A DNA stretch of 63,990 nt, counting the filler, from Lenisia limosa (Eukaryota; Protista; Breviatea): assembly GCA_001655205.1 (NCBI GenBank). It is 16 parts of 16 records of this genome, joined end to end, with 100 filler letters (N's around TTAATTAATTAA, not from the genome) between each part and the next. Parts side by side here need not be neighbours in the genome. Positions count along the whole stretch, not along the records: positions 1 to 5,318 come from LPNZ01008773.1; positions 5,419 to 8,988 come from LPNZ01007591.1; positions 9,089 to 10,902 come from LPNZ01000074.1; 13 more parts are not named here. One strand, given 5' to 3'. The position numbers were made by a program, and so were the translations under genes. Under the pieces are notes generated by a model. The model had not been told where the DNA came from and searched no databases. It was given only the letters and a program-made list of their open reading frames with translations. This document shows positions 1 to 10,449 of the stretch, piece after piece (positions within the stretch are counted from its first letter, which is position 1; each line of letters opens with the position of its first letter).

Positions 1-18
1 GCTATTTCGTGTTGTATG

Positions 19-119
19 TAGGGCTTCACTTCGGTTCGGAAAAAAGACTGGAATTCTCGATAAATCCTCGAAGATTATCGATATTTAACCAGTCTTTTTC
101 GAACCGAAGTGAAGCCCTA
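19..119. mobile_element. MITE family A (non-autonomous hAT-type), near full-length copy
   Basis: About 30-bp terminal inverted repeats TAGGGCTTCACTTCGGTTCG(G)AAAAAAGACTGG / CCAGTCTTTTTCGAACCGAAGTGAAGCCCTA. Flanks are gttgtatg (11-18) and attgtatg (120-127), a 7/8 match to an 8-bp TSD. Confidence 0.9.
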
Positions 120-349
120 ATTGTATGGCATGGTATCAAGAGTTGCATTGGGGTATGACATGAGAATTGAAGTATGATAATGAAGTGGGTTTATAGGTTC
201 GTTTACAACATTTCTGTTTTACCCTTCACAACGAGAGGTTTTTTATAAGATGTGTACTAGCTCTGTGCTTAATATTATTTAAATAATTAGTTCAAATCTT
301 TGAAATTACCCCCTTTCTATTTTACCCTTAATTGTTACCCTTCTTACTG

Positions 350-1574
350 TTTCAGCTTTTGAAGGCCATTGGCGAACCATTGAAAACCTCAGCAAATGAA
401 GAAGTGAGAGGGGGGTGAGGTAATACACATGTATATTATTATTAAAGCACTTTGTTGTTGTTGTTAACCCCTCCCTTCTCCACCTTACCTATTCCCTCTT
501 TCTTTCTTTCTCCACTTCTACCAAGCCACCTTTACCCCCCCCCCNNNNNNNNNNNNNNNNNNNNNNNNNNNNNNNNNNNNNNNNNNNNNNNNNNNNNNNN
601 NNNNNNNNNNNNNNNNNNNNNNNNNNNNNNNNTAGAGCCTTTGCCCGTCCCGTCCACTTCCGACATGCCGCTGGAGGTGTTGGAGGCTCCTTCATTGCCT
701 TCCGAGGGTGGGTGGGAGAGGTATAGTCTTTATTATATTATTGTATGGTCTTGAGTTTTTGTGACAAGAGAACTAATAAACATTAGAAATCGAGGGAAAC
801 AAATAAATACATATAGAGCAATGAGAAATAAAATGGCCGAAGCTGTCCACACCATCACGCTTTTAAGATATATTTGGAATTCACCCAATCATTTGCCTTA
901 CAACTCTGTGCACACAGCTTTCTGTGTGCCTCCCCAGCATACATAGGGATACCATTGGCAAATTACCATGCCTCCGTAGTGGAGTATTTATTACATTATA
1001 TTATTGTAGGGCTCCAGCTCTGTGCAATTAATTACAAAATTAACTGAAAAATTTGAAGTCGGGCATATTGTAACGAGAACCCCTAAATTTGTCAATTAAT
1101 TCCCTCAATATAATTAATTGCACGGGGCCCTATATGGGGTGTACTATAGGCCACTTCCGATATGCCGCGGGTATTTTATGGGATTTATAGAAAAATCTGT
1201 GTTTTTATAACTAAAGTGGTATTTTGTATTGTGGAGAAATTGTGGGAGGGGGCAATAAGCATGGATTGTATGTAGGGTTTCCCTAAGGTCCGAAAAAGAC
1301 CAGTAAAATATCGATATTTCCAGAGTAACTAACCTCTCCAGCCCCCTCCCTCCCATCCCCGCTGTCGGTTCCCTCGGAGCATACCCCTTCGCCGCCAACT
1401 GCGGGTGAGGGGGTGGGNNNNNNNNNNNNNNNNNNNNNNNNNNNNNNNNNNNNNNNNNNNNNNNNNNNNNNNNNTTATTTTTTAGTTCTTTATTTATTTC
1501 TTGATTTTGTTTCATTAGTTTTTTACCCCCACAGATGACATGCCTCTCTCCGACGTACCCCCACTTCCGGAGTA
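350..1574 (+). CDS. 3' exons of an unknown Pro/acidic-rich protein (partial)
   Basis: AG/GT-bounded segments read LLKAIGEPLKTSANEE, EPLPVPSTSDMPLEVLEAPSLPSE and DDMPLSDVPPLPE*. No recognisable domain. Confidence 0.4.
836..943 (+). repeat. Dispersed repeat family D
   Basis: Reverse-complement matches at 10481-10504 (gcgtgatggtgtggacagcttcgg), 5778-5799 and 55739-55803 (about 65 nt). Confidence 0.75.
1007..1132. mobile_element. MITE family E (TAGGGCTCC termini, GTGCAATTAATT sub-terminal inverted repeat)
   Basis: Inverted ends tagggctcc...gtgcaattaatt / aattaattgcacggggcccta. The internal ttgtaacgagaaccc and aatttgtcaatt recur inverted at 41824-41943 and, degenerately, at 13834-13942. Confidence 0.7.
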
Positions 1575-1989
1575 AATATTGTGTTTTGAATACTTGGTGT
1601 AAAGCGTTGATTTCATGGATTTAATTTGTACTTTTCGTGCGTGGTGTTTTTTATTTGAACAAAAGAAATACTAAATTACATTAGAAATCAGGGAGATACC
1701 GGGTAGGGACAACCAAATAAAACAACACCGGGGCAGTTTAGCCCCTACAGACATTTATATTTTAAATAGGCATAGTGTCTTCTTTTATTCCCATCTTGAT
1801 CTGAACACAACATACATACATTAACCAAGAAATCCAATTTCCTGATTAGTAACACATGTTGCTGAACACCACGTTGTTTCCCTTCCTGACAGCCTTCTTG
1901 TCAAAGCAGCAGGTAATGTGGACATGAACACTGTTGACAAGTCCGTCCTGTGAAGTGAACACTATCATTCATAAAATAACACCAACGTT

Positions 1990-4900
1990 TGATCTCACTG
2001 CCACATTTTCGTTGAGGCTTGTACAGCCTGAAGTCACTAAACGATGAGAAAATGAGAGAAAATATGACATAAAACTGAATAACTCTTCCCAGAAACCAGC
2101 AGGAGAAGCCTTTTGCTTAGCGCCCGCAAAGTGGAGAGTGGCAGATGGGAATTTTGTAGCTCTAGAAGATTAGACTCACCATTTTATGCCTTACACTTAG
2201 GCCTCCACTTCGGTTCGAAAAAAGACTGAATATCTCGATAAATCTTTAAAAACTATCGATATTTTCGCGAGTTTTTCCGAACCGAAGTTAAGCCCTAAGC
2301 GTAAGACATAAAATACTAGCCCCCCCTCCCCTACTCGCATGTGTACCATGTCTTGTGTCCGCTGAAAGGTCTGTGATGCTTCCTCTTCCTATTGCGTAAG
2401 GATTAATATATGATTGTAATTACGACAAGGATTATATGTCATTACGACAGGAATTTGGCCTGAATTTTCCAAAGACCTGTGCTTCAGTGTGGTGTTGATC
2501 ACCCCCGTGCCGGGCTCCATGATGGCGGAGAGCGCGCCATTGGCATCTCTCTGTAATGTCAGAGATAATCTTGCACCATATCAGAGCATTCGGGTAAGAC
2601 CCCATAATAACACCCACGTTCCGTCTATTAGGGACAAATATCATATCCTCTAAGCCTCCCTCCACCCCCCCCCCCCCNNNNNNNNNNNNNNNNNNNNNNN
2701 NNNNNNNNNNNNNNNNNNNNNNNNNNNNNNNNNNNNNNNNNNNNNNNNNNNNNNNNNNNNNNNNNNNNNNNNNNNNNNNNNNAAAGCAGCCTTTCTGAAA
2801 GAATTATATGAATCCTTGGTTTTCTCAGATAAATCCTCCGCTTATTGATAAAATGTCTTGAAGAACAGCCACGACCCTTCCAACATGTTTCGGTGTGTCT
2901 ACCATGAACTGGGATACAGATGACATTTGAGCGGTTTGCCTGGCTTTCATGTTTTGTGACAACAATGGAACCTGCAAAGTCAACCGGAGGAAAAGACAAA
3001 AAGTTCGACAAGAAGTTTTGTTTAGCACAAAAGGATCATACACTCATAGTTTTCATTGAGGTTCCAAACGTCTTCGAAACCGAAGCTCCTCCTGTAATAT
3101 GCAGATCTCCCAAAAAGTTGCTCTAAACCATCAAAAAAAAAAAAGAAACAGGTTAAGCGGGGTGGGGGCAGTATTATTAACTCTTGGATGGGAGTGNNNN
3201 NNNNNNGGTTACAACAGCTCGAGATTCTTTGTCGTAAATCTGAACCATTGTGTGCAAGTTGGAGGCAAGCTGAAGGAATCAGCAGAACTAAGCACTTCAC
3301 TTTGCCTTGAAAGGAAAATCGATATACAGTGACCGTGATAAGCCTTGGCCGATTTTCCTTGGGAAATCGCAAGGCAAATCGGTCAAGACTTATCCCGGTC
3401 ACTGAATCTATTATGATTGTTGGGTCCCGCAGACCTTGACTCTGTCAGGAAAATGAAGAGTGTTTTTCGTGGCGGCAATAATTTTGTCCATTCCAATGTA
3501 CTCCCATGAAATCTAAGAGTAAGCAATAAAAGACAGAAGTGAAAGTTGCTTGAAACATTAAAAATGGCTTTAAAAATGCAAGGGAGAGATGGCATACAGG
3601 TACAGGGTTATTTTTACATGTGCTTTGCCACTCAGCGAGGTGTGCCAGAGAAGCCTTGGCAGGGTCACCTCCTGTGAAGCTGAACTTTGTGTTCATTGAA
3701 TGAGCCTGAAATCTGTTTTGGTGATTGAAGTAGATCAAAGAGCAGAACAAAAACAACAAGAAGAATGTGAGGAAAAAAAAAAGTAACAGCAGTATCTGCC
3801 ATAGAAACTCACGTAGAATCAGGGTTTCCTCCGGGAAGCTTCGCCATTTTCTTCAATGTTTTGGTCATCTAAATAATTACAATAATACTCAAGACTTCTT
3901 ATTTGCACTGCAGCACTTCATTATACCATGTTCTGAGGTTGGGGTATCTACGCACCTGGTCATTGAGAGCAGCGGCACTGTACCAGTTTCTGAGGCAATG
4001 TTTGGCTGACCTATCAAGGGAAACGTGGCATCCAAGAACAACATTTTTGGCCTAAATCAATGATACCCTCGTCACTTGTGCGAGTGGATATTCAGTAGGC
4101 GACTCACCAAGAATGAAGTCCCCCAATAGTCGAAAACTTTGTGGTAAAGCTGCTTGTTTGCGGCATTCTTAAATGGTAATCAAAATTAGGGCAAATTGCG
4201 ATTAATTGCCCTTTAGCAACTTAGTAACTATTATCTTAAGAGGAAATTAATTGCAGTTAATTAACAAATTGAAATAATTGAAAAATGTTTTAATACTAAT
4301 TACAATGTTTTAAAACAAAGTATAAAACAAGATGCACAATTTAAGAGTCTAAAATTATATCCAATGTACTTCGACAACTGTTCTTCAAGAATAATATTCT
4401 GATGCAAAACACCTACCGAAATATCAAGAGGCAGGCGAGCTAACGTCATGGCAAGATGTACCTCTAGTCAATGAGTAATTAACCAAACTGCAGACGCTGA
4501 ACTTAAATCCAAGATATTCCACACTATTTGAATTCTATAAATAGTCTTAATGATGATTAGAGCCTCACTTTCGGTTCCAAAAGACTGATAAAATATCGAT
4601 ATTTATCGAGGATTTATCAAGGATTCAGTCTTTTTTGGAACCGAAAGTGACGCTCTAATGATGATGCAGAGCCACATTGTACCCACCAGGTTCGAAGTTG
4701 GGAGTTGCACCATTGAAAGGCAAATGCCCGGTGGATGTGCCAATAGAACGCTAAAGTGATAGTGAGAACGACATTTGAAAAAAAAAAATAAGGTAGTATC
4801 TCTTTTGAAAGATTCCCCCCAAATTGGTGCTAGAACTCAGATCTATTTATTTCTCAAATACAGTAGCAGCTTACCTCATAAATGCCATAGATGGACCTGC

Positions 4901-5318
4901 CAACGAAACTGCGGCGATAGAGGGAGAGGAGGTCATGGCCCTATCATTTGGTTAGTCGCTTGCTGACAACTACTGTAGTAACACTGATTAATAAAACAAT
5001 AATAGTTGTGAAACTCAACAAGTAAAATGAAGAAAAAAGACAAGCGAGTGGGATCCACGTGTAAGGAATAGTGAGTTGGGCAAGCAGTGGTTGCTTCACA
5101 CATAAAGGTTTATTTTTGAGCTTCACTTTCGGTTCCGAAAACACCTGTTTAATATCGATATTTATCGAGAATTTATCGAGAATTTAGTCTTTTTTGGAAC
5201 CGAAAGTGAGGCTCTAGTTTATTTTGACTACCCACATCAGAGGCCAGCTGGCCAGCCTTAGCCTTTCCATTTGACGCCAAGCGAGACAACTCCGACGTAT
5301 AGTGCGTCATGTCGTTGT
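1990..5318 (-). CDS. MACPF/perforin-domain protein (multi-exon, 5' end lost in gap)
   Basis: Phase-consistent exons between about 4760 and 3217 splice to RSIGTSTGHLPFNGATPNFEPEVHLAMTLARLPLDISNAANKQLYHKVFDYWGTSFLAKNVVLGC...TFTGGDPAKASLAHLAEWQSTCKNNPVPISWEYIGMDKII...LASNLHTMVQIY. This resembles the MACPF (Y/W)G(T/S)H(F/Y)x6GG motif and the GG.P...W..S...NP.PI C-terminal motif. Further Cys-containing exons continue to about 1990 but are unassigned. Confidence 0.72.
2198..2297. mobile_element. MITE family A copy inside an extended palindrome
   Basis: tagg(c)ctccacttcggttcgaaaaaagactg ... ccgaaccgaagttaagcccta, intronic in the MACPF gene. Confidence 0.85.
4558..4657. mobile_element. MITE family A copy (TAGAGC subfamily)
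   Basis: TIR TAGAGCCTCACTTTCGGTTCC / GGAACCGAAAGTGACGCTCTA with an exact 8-bp TSD atgatgat on both sides. Confidence 0.9.
5116..5216. mobile_element. MITE family A copy (TAGAGC subfamily)
   Basis: Same TIRs with an exact 8-bp TSD gtttattt (5108-5115 and 5217-5224). Confidence 0.9.
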
Positions 5319-5362
5319 NNNNNNNNNNNNNNNNNNNNNNNNNNNNNNNNNNNNNNNNNNNN

Positions 5363-5374
5363 TTAATTAATTAA
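5363..5374. other. Artificial scaffold-joining spacer N44-TTAATTAATTAA-N44 (first of 15)
   Basis: An identical 12-mer, with stops in all six frames, centred in N runs at 5363, 9033, 10947, 16515, 18277, 19995, 22146, 29805, 41308, 43283, 50126, 54030, 55877, 57620 and 62702. Confidence 0.97.
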
Positions 5375-5981
5375 NNNNNNNNNNNNNNNNNNNNNNNNNN
5401 NNNNNNNNNNNNNNNNNNTTATTGCTATAATATACATATATTATAGCTATATGATATATGATATATGATAATATATATATCATATATAATATATTTGTCC
5501 GATTTGCAATGAGATTTCCCAAGGAAAATCGATTAAGACGCATCCCGGTCACTGTATATTGTATATATGTATACTATATGATATTAACTGACAGCGCAAT
5601 CTAACCCCCTGTAGTTGCGTCTCGACTGAGTCAGAAGAGCAATGTTTATGAGGTGGATATCACTGATAAGGTTGAAGGGTATAATAGCACATTGGTGGGG
5701 TGTTTAGCGTAAATCCTGGAATGTAACCTCGGATGTCATTTATTTTGGACTCATCCATACGGACAGTACAGGCCCTTAAGGCAAATGATTGGGTGAATTA
5801 ATATTATAATATAATCCAATTTCTCTTCTAAGCGTGANNNNNNNNNNNNNNNNNNNNNNNNNNNNNNNNNNNNNNNNNNNNNNNNNNNNNNNNNNNNNNN
5901 NNNNNNNNNNNNNNNNNNNNNNNNNNNNNNNNNNNNNNNNNNNNNNNNNNNNNNTATATTAGTAGTATACTCACAAAACAG

Positions 5982-8900
5982 GTAGTGAATCGTTCCATGG
6001 GGCCGGATATTGACGATCAAACAGCCGCCTGGCTTTTGGCCGACTTTTCCCAGGACGCTGCACGCCGTCGCAGGATGGGGGTCAGGTAGGAGGGGATGGG
6101 AGGTCCTTCGTTTTACTTGATAGTGATCCTTTTATTATTAGTATTATGTACCTTTACCCCAATATTCTTAATCGAAATCTTCTTCGTTTTACTCCCCCTC
6201 CCCCGCTGGAGTTGGGATGTGGTGCTCCAGATGCGACTGGCCTGGGCTTTGTTGATGTTGTTCCTAATCTATCTTCGTGTGTTTCTGATATGATTCTGAG
6301 GTTTGATTTTAGTAAAGCTTCTACTCATACACCCCGTAGGTTCGGTTTCATTCATCACCACACACAACAAATTTGGGCTTTTTTGTTAAAATTTTCCAAT
6401 TTTACTCCTCGTAGGTTCGGTTCAGTCATAGCCCTATCGCCCTCATCAGACGGTTCGATCCATCCAGCAAAGTCCATCGAATCCTTTGTGAACGTCCTCG
6501 ACAGTGACGAGTCAACTGACTTGCATATGCTCTTTGAAGGCATTGAGACATTCTCGTTTGATACGTTCAGAGCTGGCAGTCTCACCAGAGTGAGGAGGGG
6601 GGGGGGGGNNNNNNNNNNNNNNNNNNNNNNNNNNNNNNNNNNNNNNNNNNNNNNNNNNNNNNNNNNNNNNNNNNNNNNNNNNNNNNNNNNNNNNNNNNNN
6701 NNNNNNNNNNNNNNNNNNNNNNNNNNNNNNNNNNNNNNNNNNNNNNNNNNNNNNNNNNNNNNNNNNNNNNNNNNNNNNNNNNNNNNNNNNNNNNNNTTTT
6801 GTCAATTTCACTTCCCCCAGGGCAACCCCATGTTCTTTATTGGCCTGTTCCTCTTCGACCGTCTTGGCCTAATCACCGCATTCGATCTCGACATTCTCAA
6901 ACTCAAGGCTTTCCTGACTGCTGTGGAGGTGAGTGAGTGTCAGGAACAAAGAAAAGCCGTTCAAACTCAGTTTTTGAACAATTCTTTGTGAAAAGATATT
7001 CATGTAATAAAATCCTGCAGAATTGACTGGCCAGGGCTTTATTTAGTTTGGATTTTTTTTTGTGTTTATTTTGGATTTTTTTTTTTTTTTTTTNNNNNNN
7101 NNNNNNNNNNNNNNNNNNNNNNNNNNNNNNNNNNNNNNNNNNNNNNNNNNNNNNNNNNNNNNNNNNNNNNNNNNNNNNNNNNNNNNNNNCGGCTTTTGTC
7201 TAGTTTTAGCGTTGGTTGTTCGTGTTTGTTATTGCTTGTTTCTTGTTAGTTTCAGATTATTCGGTTCGTGATTAGTACCTTTACGCCAATATTCTTCATC
7301 GAAATTTGATTCGTTTTACTCCCCCCTCCCCCGCAGGCAGGTTACCATGATTGTGAGTACCATAACCGGAGCCATGCTTCTGACGTCGCCGTCTCAATGT
7401 GTTACCTCCTGCAGCATACACCGTACTTCGTTGAGAACGTCACCAAAATCGTGAGCTAAATTCCAAGTGAATTCATAAACTTATTGCAACACCTTGAGTT
7501 TTGGAATGACAAATAAAGTCCTGGGGGTTGCCCCTGTTGTTATAACTTCGGTTCATCTGTTTGTAGAAGTTATTTTCGAGAATTGTCGTTTTTATTTCTG
7601 GGGTTTTGTGATATGAGTTGTGTCATTCTAACAATGCAGGAGATGCTGGCAGTTCTTATCGCGTCGCTATGCCATGACTTCGGCCATAAAGCGGTCAACA
7701 ACGCGTTCCTTGACCTGACCAATGACCCCCNNNNNNNNNNNNNNNNNNNNNNNNNNNNNNNNNNNNNNNNNNNNNNNNNNNNNNNNNNNNNNNNNNNNNN
7801 NNNNNNNNNNNNNNNNNNNNNNNNNNNNNNNNNNNNNNNNNNNNNNNNNNNNNNNNNNNNNNNNNNNNNNNNNNCCTTACAATTTAGTCCCTTGAGTCCT
7901 TCCACGCCTCCAACGCAATCAGGCTGCTGAATACCCCGGGTACCGATATCTTGTCGGAAATGACTCGTGCCAATTACGTCATTGTGAGAGATATGGTGGG
8001 GGGGGGGGGCTATCTNNNNNNNNNNNNNNNNNNNNNNNNNNNNNNNNNNNNNNNNNNNNNNNNNNNNNNNNNNNNNNNNNNNNNNNNNNNNNNNNNNNNN
8101 NNNNNNNNNNNNNNNNNNNNNNNNNNNNNNNNNNNNNNNNNNNNNNNNNNNNNNNNNNNNNNTGAATATTTCATTCCAAATAAGGCTGTTCGGAAAAATA
8201 TCGATAGTTTTCGAGTATTTATCGAGAAATTCAGTCTTTTTTCGAACCAAAGTGAAGCCTTAATTCCAAATGGCATTTTCCGATTCAAGCTCACCACCAA
8301 GGTTGTAGACATCATCTTGGCAACAGATATGAAGTTCCACTTCGATTTCGACGCTAAATTCAAAATTCGTGTGGATAGTGGTAAGCATTCCCTTGGATTG
8401 CACCTTTCCCCACATTCATATTTTCACCATCTACATGTAGCTATATGGTTAAAAGCACCATCGTGATATTAAGTACCTTTACACCAAGTATTCTTCACTG
8501 AAATTCCCTTTGTTTACCCCCCGGCCTGGGCTTTGTTGAGGTGTTGGGATGCGGGGCTTTGTTTGTGGAGGTGTTGGGATGCGGGGCTTTGTTTGTTGAG
8601 GTGATGGGATGCGGGGCTTGGGANNNNNNNNNNNNNNNNNNNNNNNNNNNNNNNNNNNNNNNNNNNNNNNNNNNNNNNNNNNNNNNNNNNNNNNNNNNNN
8701 NNNNNNNNNNNNNNNNNNNNNNNNNNNNNNNNNNNNNNNNNNNNNNNNNNNNNNNNNNNNNNNNNNNNNNNNNNNNNNNNNNNNNNNNAAGCGACCGGCC
8801 TGGGCTTTGTTTTTTTGTGTTGTTTTCAACCCTCGTGTGTTGCTAACCAATATATTGGCTCTTTTCTTATATTGTTTCAGAAATTTTACCTATTCTACTC

Positions 8901-8988
8901 CCCCCCTTTGACCTAACAGGCATGACAACGTCCTCCGATGACCGCATTTTGGCCCTTCAAATCGCAATGAAACTTGCCGACATTGGAC
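5982..8988 (+). CDS. Class I 3',5'-cyclic nucleotide phosphodiesterase (catalytic domain, partial)
   Basis: Spliced exons give AGYHDCEYHNRSHASDV, LIASLCHDFGHKAVNNAFL, VVDIILATDMKFHF and LQIAMKLADIG. These are the YHN..H..DV, HD..H, LATDM and K.AD motifs of the PDEase_I HD domain. Confidence 0.93.
7190..7336 (+). repeat. Intron 3'-end cassette family C (reference copy)
   Basis: ...tttcagattattcggttcgtgattagtacctttacgccaatattcttcatcgaaatttgattcgttttactcccccctccccgcAG| ends at a PDE acceptor. Homologues at 6148-6203, 17235-17291 (minus), 44110-44237, 52970-53015, 62578-62655 and 63488-63545. Confidence 0.85.
8181..8262. mobile_element. MITE family A copy with internal deletion
   Basis: Right TIR intact and left TIR truncated. 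Exact 8-bp TSD attccaaa (8173-8180 and 8263-8270). Intronic in PDE. Confidence 0.85.
8539..8623 (+). repeat. Tandem array of truncated family-B 5' ends (about 30-nt unit x3)
   Basis: gaggtgttgggatgcggggctttgtttgt(g/t) is repeated and resembles the B start gtgatgggatg...gggctttgttt. Confidence 0.7.
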
Positions 8989-9422
8989 NNNNNNNNNNNN
9001 NNNNNNNNNNNNNNNNNNNNNNNNNNNNNNNNTTAATTAATTAANNNNNNNNNNNNNNNNNNNNNNNNNNNNNNNNNNNNNNNNNNNNTAATTAAGGTCT
9101 CGGGGGGGGGGGCAATGATATTAACGGTTGTAGCTTGGGCTTCACTTCGGTTCGAAAAAGACTGGAAAAAAATCGATAGTTTTCAAGAATTTTTCGAGAA
9201 ATTCCGTCTTTGAAAAATCTCACAACAGACCCCAACGTCCCAATAACTCTTCCGTTATGAATATAAACAAGTCTATCTGCTTCAAAAAGCCAAAAAAAAA
9301 AATTGGCCAAGATTTTGAATAAGAAACTATGTTCAACCATATCCAATAGGAAACCCATGGGATCTTGTAGGGGGAACGGTGTTCATGAAAGATCAGCAAT
9401 TGAGAAGCGGTTGGCCCCATAC

Positions 9423-9774
9423 CGATATTGAGGTAGTTGCGTTCGAAGAATGCATCCCGGTATCCAATAATGTTCGGATGATTAAGCTTAGAAAGGATAC
9501 CGACTTCGTTCTTGGTTTCCTCCTGTTGTTGCTTTGGAAGGTTGACGAGAGTGACCCGTTTAATAACAACAAGCTCCTCTGAGTTCTGCGCTCCAGTTAA
9601 TAACGTTTTTACGCTATTTTACATCCATTACATACCTTGTGCTTGGCTAAAACGCAAGTACCGAAAGAACCTGAACCGATCTTGCGATACTCCGTGTAGT
9701 CCCCCTACGGAAATCACGTTAATCCAGAACATCGTAGTCATTTTAGGAAGCCAACTAACCATTGAAGCCGCCAT
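9423..9774 (-). CDS. NIMA-related (NEK) Ser/Thr kinase, first three exons
   Basis: Exons 9760-9774, 9636-9704 and 9423-9585 splice to MAASMGDYTEYRKIGSGSFGTCVLAKHKNSEELVVIKRVTLVNLPKQQQEETKNEVGILSKLNHPNIIGYRDAFFERNYLNI. The G-loop, VIK and NEV..L..L.HPNII motifs are typical of NEKs. Confidence 0.85.
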
Positions 9775-10073
9775 TTTGTGGAGAAACTATGCCTCGGGAC
9801 AGCAGGTAACTTCCAAAGGCCTGCAACACTTATATTCTTTATAAAATCAATCAATTCAAGTACTCAACCTCTATAACTCATCTTCAAATCTTCTTGTTTT
9901 TTTATTTATAGTCACGCCACGTATACGCGATTATTTAAGCAAATGCAAAGTGGTTGATGAATGTTTTCTCATCGCATCTCTGTTCAGTAACTATATTACA
10001 TTTGAATAGTTATAAAAGGCTAACCAGGTAACCTTGCGTAAAGCACCTTGCTGTGTATTCTTCCCTTTGAAAC

Positions 10074-10449
10074 AGGAAGATGTACTTCATCATTGCAATG
10101 CTTGCCATTCTGGTGGTGTTTGACTACTTCTTTTCAAACATCTTCATCGGCAAAGTGCCCGAAGAAGATGCCAATGAAGCACAAAACGACATCCCTCAGA
10201 TGTCGAAGAAACGATCAAAGAAGCTGAAGAAACTCAACAAGGCTAACTTCATCCTTCAATGTAGGCTAGCTTGGAAGCACTTTGATTTGATTCTGACTAA
10301 TTAACGTTAAAATTGTGATTGACAAGTTCATTGATTAATATCTCATGTAACTGTTTCTAGCGTTAGAAGAGCCCGAAGCCCCACAACCATCCAGTGAGAA
10401 ATACGTTTCCTTTATTACCTCAACTTCATACGGAATGATTGGATGAATT
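10074..10449 (+). CDS. Small single-pass membrane protein, unknown function
   Basis: Exon KMYFIIAMLAILVVFDYFF...KANFILQ joins in phase to SLEEPEAPQPSSEK...G*. The first exon is not resolved. Confidence 0.4.

Noticed and set aside
30-45. Pol III B-box-like GGTTCG in the MITE TIR, suggesting a tRNA-derived SINE
   Set aside because: There is no A-box or cloverleaf, and the element is a palindrome with an 8-bp TSD and no A-rich tail.
19-119. Tc1/mariner (Stowaway-like) call for MITE A based on flanking TA
   Set aside because: The TA belongs to the element terminus. Exact 8-bp direct repeats lie outside it in four copies, which favours hAT.
6146-6991. 281-aa ORF as a single-exon gene
   Set aside because: It is a composite of intronic C/B cassettes, two PDE exons and an N gap read through as X.
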